In this document: positions 1-8,746 of the stretch, piece after piece
Numbering within the stretch: position 1 is the stretch's first letter
Layout of the letters: each line of letters starts with the position of its first letter
Notes under the pieces: generated by a model
What the model saw: the letters and a program-made list of their open reading frames with translations, nothing else
What the model was told of the DNA's origin: nothing
Databases searched by the model: none
Source: an uncultured bacterium
Lineage (GTDB): Bacteria; Verrucomicrobiota; Verrucomicrobiia; Limisphaerales; UBA8199
DNA: 64,000 bases
NCBI GenBank assembly: GCA_963749495.1
Contig: CAVVMW010000001.1
Location: 288,001 to 352,000, forward strand
Direction: 5' to 3'
Made by a program: the position numbers and the translations under genes

Positions 1-141
1 GTAAGCATAATAATACTGGCCGGGCTGATTGAACATGTCCGCGCTGGTGATGGTGACCTGCGCTGGCGCGGCCAGGGGGCCAGCCATTAGGGTTGCAGCG
101 CACAACAGCAGCCTGCACAAGGCCAAACCGGCGCTCACCAT
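1..141 (-). CDS. Secreted protein, N-terminal part (runs off the window start)
   Basis: Manual translation from ATG at 141: MVSAGLALCRLLLCAATLMAGPLAAPAQVTITSADMFNQPGQYYYAY; signal-peptide-like with APA cleavage site; purine-rich sequence upstream. Confidence 0.6.
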   Translation of the reverse strand, partial: MVSAGLALCRLLLCAATLMAGPLAAPAQVTITSADMFNQPGQYYYAY

Positions 142-394
142 CGACGACCCCCCTTCCTGCCGAAAACAAGCAATCATATAATTGTACCCAAGTTTGGGGC
201 GTCGGATTTGGCTGTCAACTGTGCGTTCCAACGCACACCCGGCCTGGGGAAGCTGTAGCGGCGACATGGCCGGGCTGAGTGATCAGAAGCCCTTCGAGCT
301 ACTGAGCCAGGTCCCGCGATCCTCTCTCGAGTGGTGGTGGCCGCCAGACGCGCCCGGCCTGTCCAGCCTTCAGCCTTCGATTGAACTGACTTTA

Positions 395-1087
395 CTAGGA
401 ACCGCTGTGGTTCTTCATGCAGTCAATGACGCTTGGATCGATGGGGGGGGTGGCTTGCTGCGCCGAGGCAATGTCTTGCTGACTATAGACGGCTTTCGAG
501 TTTTCTATCTCTTTGATGATCACGTCCGGTTTGACGCCGGCCGAGGCAAGGGCCTTGACGTCATCCAGACTGAGCGGGATGAGGGCAGAATTCTGTGCCG
601 GCGCTGGGGCCTGCGCCGAGGCCGCCGGTTGCGGGGCGGCAGCCGGCTGCGGCACGGCGGACGGCTGCGGCGCGTAGGGCTGCGGGGGGGCGGCGGAAGG
701 CGGCGGCGCAGCGTAGCCTGGGGGCGGCGGCGCGGCTGACTGCTGCTGCATCACGTAATCGTTGTGCTGGATGACGGCCAGGGTTTGGGGGGACTGCGCC
801 TGCAGCCGCTGCCGCTGGTCCTCATCAATCATGTGGCCGATCAAACCGCCGGCCAGCGCGCGGGCAGCGACGCCAATGAAGGCGTTCCGGCCGGCGTGCC
901 TGCCGCCCGCCAACCCGCCTGCCAGGCCGCCGATCAAGCCGCCGGCCAAGGCGCCGGTTGCCGTATTGTTGGGTCTGCCGTCGGGCGAGGTGCAGCCGCT
1001 GGACAGCACCAGCCCAATACACACCAAGGCGATGCCGGCAGGGACGTGTCTCTGGTTCGTGGTGACGGTTATGTGGTTAATCTTCAT
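395..1087 (-). CDS. Glycine-zipper lipoprotein with Pro/Ala linker and C-terminal helical domain
   Basis: Lipobox-like LSSGC, glycine zipper TGALAGGLIGGLAGG, Pro/Ala-rich linker; start chosen at MKINH. Confidence 0.75.
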   Translation of the reverse strand: MKINHITVTTNQRHVPAGIALVCIGLVLSSGCTSPDGRPNNTATGALAGGLIGGLAGGLAGGRHAGRNAFIGVAARALAGGLIGHMIDEDQRQRLQAQSPQTLAVIQHNDYVMQQQSAAPPPPGYAAPPPSAAPPQPYAPQPSAVPQPAAAPQPAASAQAPAPAQNSALIPLSLDDVKALASAGVKPDVIIKEIENSKAVYSQQDIASAQQATPPIDPSVIDCMKNHSGS

Positions 1088-1168
1088 GGTCGTTCTCGCT
1101 TTCTCTGGGGTTGTCAGGCTGGTTGATCGCTTTGAGATGGGATCGGTGCCGGTTGACACCCGGCTTGG

Positions 1169-2482
1169 TTACTTGCTTTTGGAGGAGGTTTTCGCTTGCT
1201 GCGCCGCCGGTTTTGTTGTTGTCGCGGGCGGCCTGTAAACCTTGCTCACGCTGGAGGAGGCGGATGAAGAGGCGGATGAAGAGGCGCCGGACTTGGCAGC
1301 TTGCGCAGTCCGTTGCCCGGCTGCGGCGCTGCTTGCCGAGGACCGTTGCGCTGCCGCTTTCTCGCGGTCGCCCACCGGGGCTCTTTCCTGGAAATGGGCC
1401 ACCTCGACCTTGCGCCCGGTCAGGCGCTCGACCCGCTCGCGGCCCAATCCCTCGTTGACGAATCTGCCATGTTCATCCCGTCGGAACTCGTTCCTGAGCA
1501 CCGTCCGCCTGTAAAACTCGTGGATGCGCTCGCCGCGAATATGGAAGGCGTATTCCCGGCCTCTGAGCCGGAGGAACCCGTCATGGAAATGATCGTAGCC
1601 CACGAACACGAAAACGCCCTCGCCCAGGCCGAAATCAAAATCAACCCCGACGCGACGCCCCCGCCACTCCCAGCCGCCTTCGACAAACACCGCCCCGAAG
1701 GGCAGCGGCGCCCAACCGATGCACGCATCGGCCTCACCGTGCCGCCAGAAAACCCAGGCCGGGCCCCACGTGTAATCCGGCACCCACAACCACCCGCGGC
1801 CCGGCTCCATAACCCAGCGGCCATAGTGAAACGGGATGTCCCCCCACCCATAGTCGGACTGCCAAAACCAGCCGTTCTCCGTATAGACCCACCTGCCCAG
1901 GTCGTAATAAGGGCGCCAGTCCGGGTTGGCTGCCAGCGCGCGGTCCGGGCGCCAGCACCAGCCGTAGCCCGGCACCTCCATCCACGTTCCAAAAGGCGCC
2001 AGTTGGGCGTGGAAGTAGTCGAAATTGACCTGCGGCTGCCCGGCGGGGGGCGTGGCTTCAACGGCGGCGGGGGCGGCGGGCGCAGCCGGCACGGCGGGCG
2101 CCGGGGCATACGAGCCCGGGGCTGCCGGAACGGGCGCCGGGGCTGGCGGCGCGACGAGCACCGCCGGAGCGGCGCCGGCGTTGCCCTGGACCAGGGCCTG
2201 GATCACGGCTTGAGAAACACCCTGTGCGTGCAGATATATTATCTGGTCGGCACTCAGGTTGTAAGAGGCGCCGGACTTCTTGATCTGAGCCACGATCAGG
2301 TCTTCGCCCAGCCCATCCCGAGTGAGTTTGACAACGTCCTCAACCCCAGCTGGCAGGCTTGGTGGCGGTGGTGTCTGGGCAATGCAATTACTGCAGGCGC
2401 TCCAGAGGATTGAGCCGGCGGCAATGCCGGCGAGGATAGCGTGGACCCTCGCCCGAGGCGATGGCCGTCTTTCAGTTTTCAT
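1169..2482 (-). CDS. Secreted DUF6600-like protein
   Basis: Signal peptide; Trp/Gly-rich repeats LAPFGTW..PGYGWCWRP, WRPYY.GRW, WGDIPFHYGRW, WGPAWV typical of DUF6600. Confidence 0.8.
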   Translation of the reverse strand: MKTERRPSPRARVHAILAGIAAGSILWSACSNCIAQTPPPPSLPAGVEDVVKLTRDGLGEDLIVAQIKKSGASYNLSADQIIYLHAQGVSQAVIQALVQGNAGAAPAVLVAPPAPAPVPAAPGSYAPAPAVPAAPAAPAAVEATPPAGQPQVNFDYFHAQLAPFGTWMEVPGYGWCWRPDRALAANPDWRPYYDLGRWVYTENGWFWQSDYGWGDIPFHYGRWVMEPGRGWLWVPDYTWGPAWVFWRHGEADACIGWAPLPFGAVFVEGGWEWRGRRVGVDFDFGLGEGVFVFVGYDHFHDGFLRLRGREYAFHIRGERIHEFYRRTVLRNEFRRDEHGRFVNEGLGRERVERLTGRKVEVAHFQERAPVGDREKAAAQRSSASSAAAGQRTAQAAKSGASSSASSSASSSVSKVYRPPATTTKPAAQQAKTSSKSK

Positions 2483-2628
2483 TGGTGGTCCGGTTATTCA
2501 CGGTTCATCTCGACGGGGAACCAAGCGAGCCCAGAACGGGTGCTGGCTGGATTCCTTCCGCCGATGCTCGCAATTACGCATAGACCGCCATCCCGGTCAA
2601 GGCGATTCCGCTCTGCGTAGCCTCTTCT

Positions 2629-2722
2629 AATCCCGAAGGGATACAATCACTCAGCCCAGGGTTGCGCGGAACGCGCTACCCTGGGTGTCAGGCCACCAAA
2701 TGCTGGAAACCCTGAAAAGGGT
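2629..2722. repeat. REP-like palindromic element (CCCAGGGTTGCGCGGAACGCGCTACCCTGGG type)
   Basis: Hairpins ATCCCGAAGGGAT, CCCAGGGT..ACCCTGGG and ACCCTGAAAAGGGT. Confidence 0.65.
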
Positions 2723-2860
2723 CTCATCGAAAGCGCCCCGCCGTCCTCGATTCCGGCTGTGTCGCTCCTCGAAAGTAAAGCCCAATCTGGTCCTTGGCAC
2801 ACGGCGGCCGGGGGTCTTGTGGTCTCCAACTGAGTGAACTTACTCACTGATTGAGTATTA

Positions 2861-3060
2861 TTGCTCTGGGACGAAGAACTGGCGAGCGGGGGCACGGTCC
2901 GCCCGCTGCTGCTGGGTTCGTCGGCGCTGCTCGTGCAACGCGGCCTGACCGAGAGCCTGGCGGGACGGTTCTTCCTGCACCGCTGCACGCATTGGTCGTG
3001 GCCCGAATGCCGGGTGGCGTTCGCCTGGACCCTGGACCAGTGGATCTATTTTGGTTCTTC
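2861..3060 (+). pseudogene. Internal fragment of an AAA_14/DUF4143-type ATPase
   Basis: LWDEE..LLLGSSALLVQRGLTESLAGRF..WS..E...F.W.LDQWIYFG matches the post-Walker-B part of this family; no Walker A and no C-terminal domain. Confidence 0.7.
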
Positions 3061-3182
3061 TCCCGCCCCGCCCCCGAGTGGTTTCGGTGAGGGCCGGCTG
3101 GTGTCTTTCCAAAATGGAACGATAATCCGGCGCTCCCTCTTCCTGCCGCCGACGGTCCATTTGCCGCCCGAATTCTCGAGTC

Positions 3183-3385
3183 GGGGCCATTGACATAGTC
3201 GCTCGGCGCGCCTGGGCGCCAGGGGCGCCAGCGTAGCGCAGGTTTCCAAACCTGCTGTATCGCGGGTTTCCAAACCCGCAGGCCGTCCGCAAACCGGGGG
3301 CGCTCGACATGCCAACGCCCTGCCGATTGGAAATCGGCGATACGGCAGGTTTGGAAACCTGCGCTACAACTTTGTCGACGGCCCT
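3183..3385 (+). mobile_element. MITE-like element family A, copy 1 (TIR ~AGGGCCGTTGACA enclosing a GTAG-REP doublet)
   Basis: Ends GGGGCCATTGACA and TGTCGACGGCCCT; near-identical to 35148-35350 and to the inverted copy 60454-60632. Confidence 0.8.
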
Positions 3386-3451
3386 GATCCTCGAGTTGGT
3401 TTCCTGCAAATCGCGCTTGAAACCCGGCCGGCCAGGGAGCATTCTGATTGC

Positions 3452-3640
3452 ATGAGCAAGGTTGATCAAATCGAGGCTGAACTGGAAAAGCTCTCGCCTG
3501 CGGAATTGAAGCAGGTTCGCGATTGGCTGGATGACTTTGCCGAGGACCGGATGGCCTTCACGCCGGATTTCCAAACAGCTATCCAAGAGTCCGAACGGCA
3601 AATGGCCGCCGGGATGCGGCCACGCGCGCGGCAGCCCTGA
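3452..3640 (+). CDS. Small putative addiction-module antitoxin-like protein
   Basis: 62 aa MSKVDQIEAELEKLSPAELKQVRDWLDDF..., typical short acidic helical antitoxin pattern; TTGAAA-N17-CATTCT promoter just upstream. Confidence 0.6.
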   Translation: MSKVDQIEAELEKLSPAELKQVRDWLDDFAEDRMAFTPDFQTAIQESERQMAAGMRPRARQP

Positions 3641-3850
3641 CCGCCGGCATGAGGGCGGCCCTCCAAGTCTTTTACACGCCCTTCGACGCGGCATTTCGAC
3701 GCCTTTTCTTGCAAGAGTGTAAATAGTCTGGACGACCCCTTTTCGCTGCTACGGCCATTTTAGACCGCTTCCTCCAGCGGCAGAAGAGGAAAACCTGTGA
3801 AGCGATTTACCGGGTCAGGCTCCCTGATGGCACAGAAGCAACAAGCAGGG

Positions 3851-4711
3851 TCAAATCGTTTTGAACCAGTCCTCTTTGACCGAGACCTCTTCAACCATTT
3901 TAACGCTGACGCCCAGGCCATATTCCTTAAGTTTATCGGCCAGGGCCTCCCCATCGATAAGGTCAATGGGCGGCGCCCCATCCCGTGTGGCCTCTTTGAT
4001 GGCGTCCTTTGGGAAGGTGCCAGTGGTCATGAAGAGCCCCTTATCAGCGCGACCAACCATGGCGCCGCGAAAGTCACGAATGGCGGCGGGTGACACAACG
4101 CCTTGGTAGCGCTTGCACTGGAATACGACGTGAAAGCTCATGAAGCCGTGGATTCGAGCGATTCCTCTACCATCAATGCCTCCATCACCAGACCGGCCTG
4201 TCACTTCGACCTGGATGAACCCGGCCTCCCTCAGAACGCGCTGAACCAGCCTCTCAAAAGCCGAAGGATCAAGAGCCTTGGTGAGCAGGACGAATAGGCG
4301 TTTGCGCCAGTCCTCCACTGGGCCCTCCACGTCGTCCTTGGGATTGGGGCCCGTTTTTGCCCTCTGCTTTTTATGGGAGTTCCGCGTCCGCTCGCCGACA
4401 ACTCTCCGCACTTCTTTTATGTCCAGGGCCTCCACGCCTTCGGCGGCTTTTGTGAGTGCCCAGACGCCGCGAGATGAATTGTCCAGGATGCCGTAATTCT
4501 TTAACTAGGTGCGCGCCCATGCTAACCGGTATTCAACCTCGGTCATGTTGCTGTTCCCCGGGTCGTGCAATTTTTCGAGCACAGGCGCAGGGATCGCCAT
4601 GATTTCGACGACTTTGTTGTTGATTTCCTCCACGGTCCCAGAGCCTCCAAGCTGCTTCATGGCCTTAAGGAGGGGCGTCCAGAACGTTGGGTAGCTGGGC
4701 ACGTCGTTCAT
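3851..4711 (-). pseudogene. mrr: Mrr-family (type IV) restriction endonuclease interrupted by in-frame TAG at 4505-4507
   Basis: ORFs 4505-4711 and 3851-4435 are in one frame: ...EYRLAWART*LKNYGILDNSSRGVWALT... then FERLV..GDGGIDG..FQCKRY..IRDFRGAM..TTGTF..LIDG. Confidence 0.85.
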
Positions 4712-4788
4712 GATGAAAAGCTATGATTTTCCACGGGGGCTGTGCGAGTAAATTCGATTTGGCTTCAAACCGTGAAGAACTCGCTTGA

Positions 4789-4915
4789 GGCAGTGGTGAT
4801 CCCCGCGAGGCTGTCCATGAAGATGATCAGGACTGGGAACGGTTTTTGGAAATCGTGGGTCAAACCTGCGAACAGACAGGGTGGCAGGTCCAGGCATTTT
4901 GCCTCATGCCCAATG
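4789..4915 (+). pseudogene. REP-associated tyrosine transposase (RAYT/Y1) N-terminal remnant
   Basis: GDPREAVHEDDQDWERFLEIVGQTCEQTGWQVQAFCLMPN matches RAYT N-termini and stops just before the HUH motif. Confidence 0.7.
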
Positions 4916-4998
4916 CGGCCCCGCTGGAGCATGGCGAAGCTGTGCCCGCAGACCACGCAGAATCCGCGGGAATCCGGATGGAACCAGGCGCAGCGCAT

Positions 4999-5195
4999 GC
5001 GTCGCGGAGCGACGCAGTGAAGGTAGCCGTGGACCTCGGTCCACGGTTGCGGGCGCGGAATGCTCGCGCGTCGCGTAGCGACGCCTGATAGCGTCGCGGC
5101 TTTCAGGCGTCGCTACGCGACGCGTCCAACTTGGGCCATGGGTGTCCGTGGACTGGAAGTCCACGGCTACCTCCACTGCGTCGCTACGCGACGCG
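4999..5195 (-). repeat. Solo copy of the nested-palindrome unit of the 22706-23950 array
   Basis: Shares GGTAGCCGTGGAC..GTCCACGG, CGCGTCGCGTAGCGACGCCTGA and TCAGGCGTCGCTACGCGACGCG in inverted orientation. Confidence 0.85.
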
Positions 5196-5280
5196 GGTGC
5201 TCTCTTTCTGCGTCGTCCGCGTGGTCTGCGGGCGCGTCTCCACCGCCCTATCGCGACATACTTTCGCAGTGAAGCCTGGC

Positions 5281-6564
5281 TCAATTCAGTGGCACGCCGC
5301 GGCGCAGGTAGGTGGGCAGGTCGAGGTCTTCGCCTTTGTGGATGTTGGGCTCGCTCTTGTCGAAGCGGCCTTTGTGGGCGGTCTCGAGGGCCAGTTGGGT
5401 CTGGAACATGCGGGCGGGTTTCTTGCGGGGGCGGGAGCCGGGCGCGCCCTGGCGGGCGACCAGTCCGTCAACGGGGTCGGTGCCCAAGGTGGCGCCCTGT
5501 GCGGCAAACCTGGAGCTGGGCCGGGCGTTGGAGGGGCTGCCGAGCAATGAGGTTTGGAGAGTGTCTTCGGGGGATGCGCCGTCGGCCTCAGCGCACTTGC
5601 GGGCGGCGATGACGGTGACAGCGAGGCGCTCGCGGAAGGCCTCATCGACGGCAGCGCCCATGACGACCTGGGCGTGTTCGCAGTGGCGGTTGATCTGCTC
5701 CATGACGCGGTTGACCTCGGCCATGGTGAGGTCGGGCCCGCCCATGAGGCTGACCATGACGGCGTCGGCCTCGGCGAGCGACTGGCCGGCGTCGAGGAGG
5801 GGATGGGCGAGGAGTTTCTCGGCAACCTCGCGCGAGCGGGTGGCGCCCATGGCCTCGGCCACGGCGAAGGCGCTCTGGACGTGGCGGTCGCGCAGCAGTT
5901 CGCACAGGTCGTCGAAGTGGATGTCGATCAGCCCGGTGTGGGTCAGCAGCCGCCAGAAGCTGCGCACCCCGTCGGCCAGGTATTCATTGGTGATCTTGAA
6001 GGTCTCCAGGGCGCTGGTGTTTTCGTCGATGAGCTTGAAGACCTTCTGGTTGGGGAGGCAGACCAGGCCATCGGCGGCCTGGCGCAGGTCGGCAAGCCCT
6101 TGCGCCGCCAGCCGCTGCCGGCGCGCCCCCTCGCAGTCGAAGGGGGTCAGGACAAACCCCAGCGCCAGCGCCCCGGCCTGCTTGGCGGCCCGGGCCAGGA
6201 CCGGGCAGATGCCGGTGCCCGCCCCGCCCCCCAGGCCGGCCAGGAAGAAGACCACGTCCATGCCCTGGCAGAGCGACTTGAGGCGCTCGATGTTTTCCTG
6301 GGCGGCCGCGCGGGCGCGGTCCGGGTCGCCCCCGGAGCCCAGTCCGCGCAAGAGGCGCGTCTCCAGGTGAAGTTTCTCGGGCGCGGCGGAGGCGGCGAGC
6401 GAGGCCGCGTCGGTGTTCAGGGCGGCGAAACGGACGCCGTCCAGGTCGCTGCGGATGAGTTGGTCGAGGACGTTGCACCCGGCGCCGCCGACGCCGATGA
6501 CCTTGATCGAGATGGTCTTGCGGCGAGAGGCGGTGGCGGGGATGGCTGGAGCTTGAGTGGTCAT
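5281..6564 (-). CDS. ftsZ: Cell division protein FtsZ (divergent)
   Basis: IKVIGVGGAGCN, NTD, GLGSGGDP, AGLGGGAGTG, C-terminal DLDLPTYLRR; last gene of the dcw cluster. Confidence 0.95.
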   Translation of the reverse strand: MTTQAPAIPATASRRKTISIKVIGVGGAGCNVLDQLIRSDLDGVRFAALNTDAASLAASAAPEKLHLETRLLRGLGSGGDPDRARAAAQENIERLKSLCQGMDVVFFLAGLGGGAGTGICPVLARAAKQAGALALGFVLTPFDCEGARRQRLAAQGLADLRQAADGLVCLPNQKVFKLIDENTSALETFKITNEYLADGVRSFWRLLTHTGLIDIHFDDLCELLRDRHVQSAFAVAEAMGATRSREVAEKLLAHPLLDAGQSLAEADAVMVSLMGGPDLTMAEVNRVMEQINRHCEHAQVVMGAAVDEAFRERLAVTVIAARKCAEADGASPEDTLQTSLLGSPSNARPSSRFAAQGATLGTDPVDGLVARQGAPGSRPRKKPARMFQTQLALETAHKGRFDKSEPNIHKGEDLDLPTYLRRGVPLN

Positions 6565-6568
6565 AGGT

Positions 6569-7795
6569 TCATTCTTTGCCAAACCAATGCCCGAGTGTTG
6601 CCTTGAGGCCTTGGGCCAGGGAGGCCTTGGCGGCGCGTTTGCGCTGCTGGAACGAGCCGAACTTGGCCAGGCCGATGGCGGTGGCGAACTCGGGCTGGTC
6701 GAGGGCGGACTTGAGGCCGCTGATGGAATTGGTTTTGCCCAGGCAGACTGGCATCTGGAGGACCTGCTCGGCGAGCTTGGCGATATGGGGGATGCGCGCC
6801 CCGCCTCCGCACAGAAAGACCCCCGCGCGCAGGTAGTCCAGGGCGCCCGCCTGTTCGATGTCCTGGCCGACGAGCATGAAGATCTCCTCCAACCGCAGCG
6901 ACATGATGCGGCGCAGGTGCTCGAGGTTCACCTGGCGCGGGGTGAGCCCGGGCTCGTGGGTGGGGATGGGGATCGTCTGGCCTTTGAGCGAATCGTCGAG
7001 CAGGGCGGAGCCGTGCTCCAGCTTGAACTGCTCGGCGCGGGAGAGGGAGATTTTCAGGCCGTAGGCCAGGTCGTTCGAGACATGGTCGCCCCCCACCGCC
7101 AGGACGCCGGTGTGTTTGACGATGCCCTTGGCATAGACGACGTATTCGGTGGTGCCCCCGCCGATATCGATGACGAGCGAGCCGAGTTCCTTTTGCTCGT
7201 TGTTGAGCAGCGCCAGCGCCGAGGCCAGCCCGCCGAAGACGATGTCATCGACCTCGAGCTGGAGGCCCTTGACGACGCGGATGGCGTTCTGGAGCCGGTT
7301 GAGGCTGCCATGGATGACGTGGACATCGACCTCGATGCGCGAGCCGAGCATGCCCACGGGATTGGAGACCGCGTCCTGGTCGTCCACATGGAAATGCTGG
7401 CGGATGGCGTGAATGACGTGGTTCTGGGCCGGGAGGTTGATGGTCTTGGCGTTCTTGATGACGTCATGCACGTCCTCCTCGGTGATGTCGCGATCTGCGG
7501 AGACGACGGGGTGGACGCCGCGATTGTTGAAGCCGCGCACGTGGCCGCCGGTGACCGCGAGAAAGACACTCTGGATCTCGACATCGGCCATCTGCTCGGC
7601 CTCGGCGATGGCGTGGCGCACGTCCTCCTCGGCCGCGCTCGCGTTGATAATCTCGCCTTTGCGCACGCCGCGAGAGCGGGCCTGGCCCAGGCCCACTATG
7701 TTCAGGGCCCCATCCGCGCTCAAATCGCCCACCACGGCGCAGACCTTCGAGGTGCCGATTTCCAGGCCGACGATGATGGAGGAGGGCTCAAACAT
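6569..7795 (-). CDS. ftsA: Cell division protein FtsA
   Basis: GLEIGTSKV, SRGVRKG, IDIGGGTT, GGDHVSNDL, CGGGA, PEFATAIGL. Confidence 0.95.
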   Translation of the reverse strand: MFEPSSIIVGLEIGTSKVCAVVGDLSADGALNIVGLGQARSRGVRKGEIINASAAEEDVRHAIAEAEQMADVEIQSVFLAVTGGHVRGFNNRGVHPVVSADRDITEEDVHDVIKNAKTINLPAQNHVIHAIRQHFHVDDQDAVSNPVGMLGSRIEVDVHVIHGSLNRLQNAIRVVKGLQLEVDDIVFGGLASALALLNNEQKELGSLVIDIGGGTTEYVVYAKGIVKHTGVLAVGGDHVSNDLAYGLKISLSRAEQFKLEHGSALLDDSLKGQTIPIPTHEPGLTPRQVNLEHLRRIMSLRLEEIFMLVGQDIEQAGALDYLRAGVFLCGGGARIPHIAKLAEQVLQMPVCLGKTNSISGLKSALDQPEFATAIGLAKFGSFQQRKRAAKASLAQGLKATLGHWFGKE

Positions 7796-8744
7796 GTTTT
7801 TTCCTGATGCGAAGGGGTTTAGGGGCTTTGTTGGTGCTGATGGGGGCGGCGCTGGTCTGGAGCCAGCGGGCCGGGACATTATTGGTGACGGCCAAATCGA
7901 GGGAGGCGAGGTTCTTGTTTTCTCTTTGGCCGCGGTCATAGACCTGGTGCCAGCGGCGGAGCTGGCGCTCCAGGCCGGTCAGGCCAAAGGTGATCTCGGC
8001 CCCCTGGTCGGTGGTGACCGTGAGGGCATCGGCCGCGGAGAGGTCGATGCGCTTGATCTCGACGAAGCCGGCCATCGGGGAGCCATCGAAGCCGCGCAGC
8101 AAGTCCAAGGCGGCGCTGAGCTGGGGCGTCTTGAGGCGGCGGCCGGGCTGGAGGTCGTTGGGGTCGAGCGGGCAAATGACGGGCAGGGGCTCGACCGGCG
8201 GGACCCCGTTGGCGCGCTGGCGCGGGTCCAGCGGGAGCATGACACAGCCGTTGGTATCGATGAGGTAGGTCGCCAACTCGAAGCCGCCCTGCGGGCTCGG
8301 ACGGGGGACGGTGGCCTGGGCGATCGGTTCGCGCTCGAAGACGCGGATGCGCAGTGTGTGCGGCGGGATACGTTCCACCGAGGCCGAGTCGATGCAGGGG
8401 ATCAATTCCAGGTCCCGTTTCACCGCGGCCAGGTCCAGGGCCAGGAGATTGTCGCCCGGCCTGACGCCGCTCCAGCGCCGGAGTTGGTCGAGGGCTATCA
8501 CGCCGTCGGTGCTCAGATCCAATTCCCGGATGGAAAAGGCCCTGTTCCGGTAAACCAACCGGTCCAGCGCCCATTGCCCGCCCCACCAGAGCCCGTAAGC
8601 CACGAGCACGGTCATGAAGAGCGCGCCCAGGCCCAGCGCAGCGAAGCGATTGCGCGCCGCGCGGACCTGGCTGGAGCGCAGCTTCACGTCGAGCACGTGC
8701 TCGCGTCCCAACCGTCTATTCCTGCGCTTGTGTTTGAACCACAT
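7788..8744 (-). CDS. ftsQ: Cell division protein FtsQ/DivIB
   Basis: Basic N-terminus, one TM helix, POTRA region NLLALDL..VKRDLE.IPCIDSASVER..PHTLRIRVFEREPIA; between ddl and ftsA. Confidence 0.85.
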   Translation of the reverse strand: MWFKHKRRNRRLGREHVLDVKLRSSQVRAARNRFAALGLGALFMTVLVAYGLWWGGQWALDRLVYRNRAFSIRELDLSTDGVIALDQLRRWSGVRPGDNLLALDLAAVKRDLELIPCIDSASVERIPPHTLRIRVFEREPIAQATVPRPSPQGGFELATYLIDTNGCVMLPLDPRQRANGVPPVEPLPVICPLDPNDLQPGRRLKTPQLSAALDLLRGFDGSPMAGFVEIKRIDLSAADALTVTTDQGAEITFGLTGLERQLRRWHQVYDRGQRENKNLASLDLAVTNNVPARWLQTSAAPISTNKAPKPLRIRKKHV

Positions 8745-8746
8745 GT

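Noticed and set aside
4505..4507. TAG recoding or pyrrolysine readthrough in mrr
   Set aside because: TAG is a normal stop in mraY, pyrE and DUF58 in this window; no pyl genes seen
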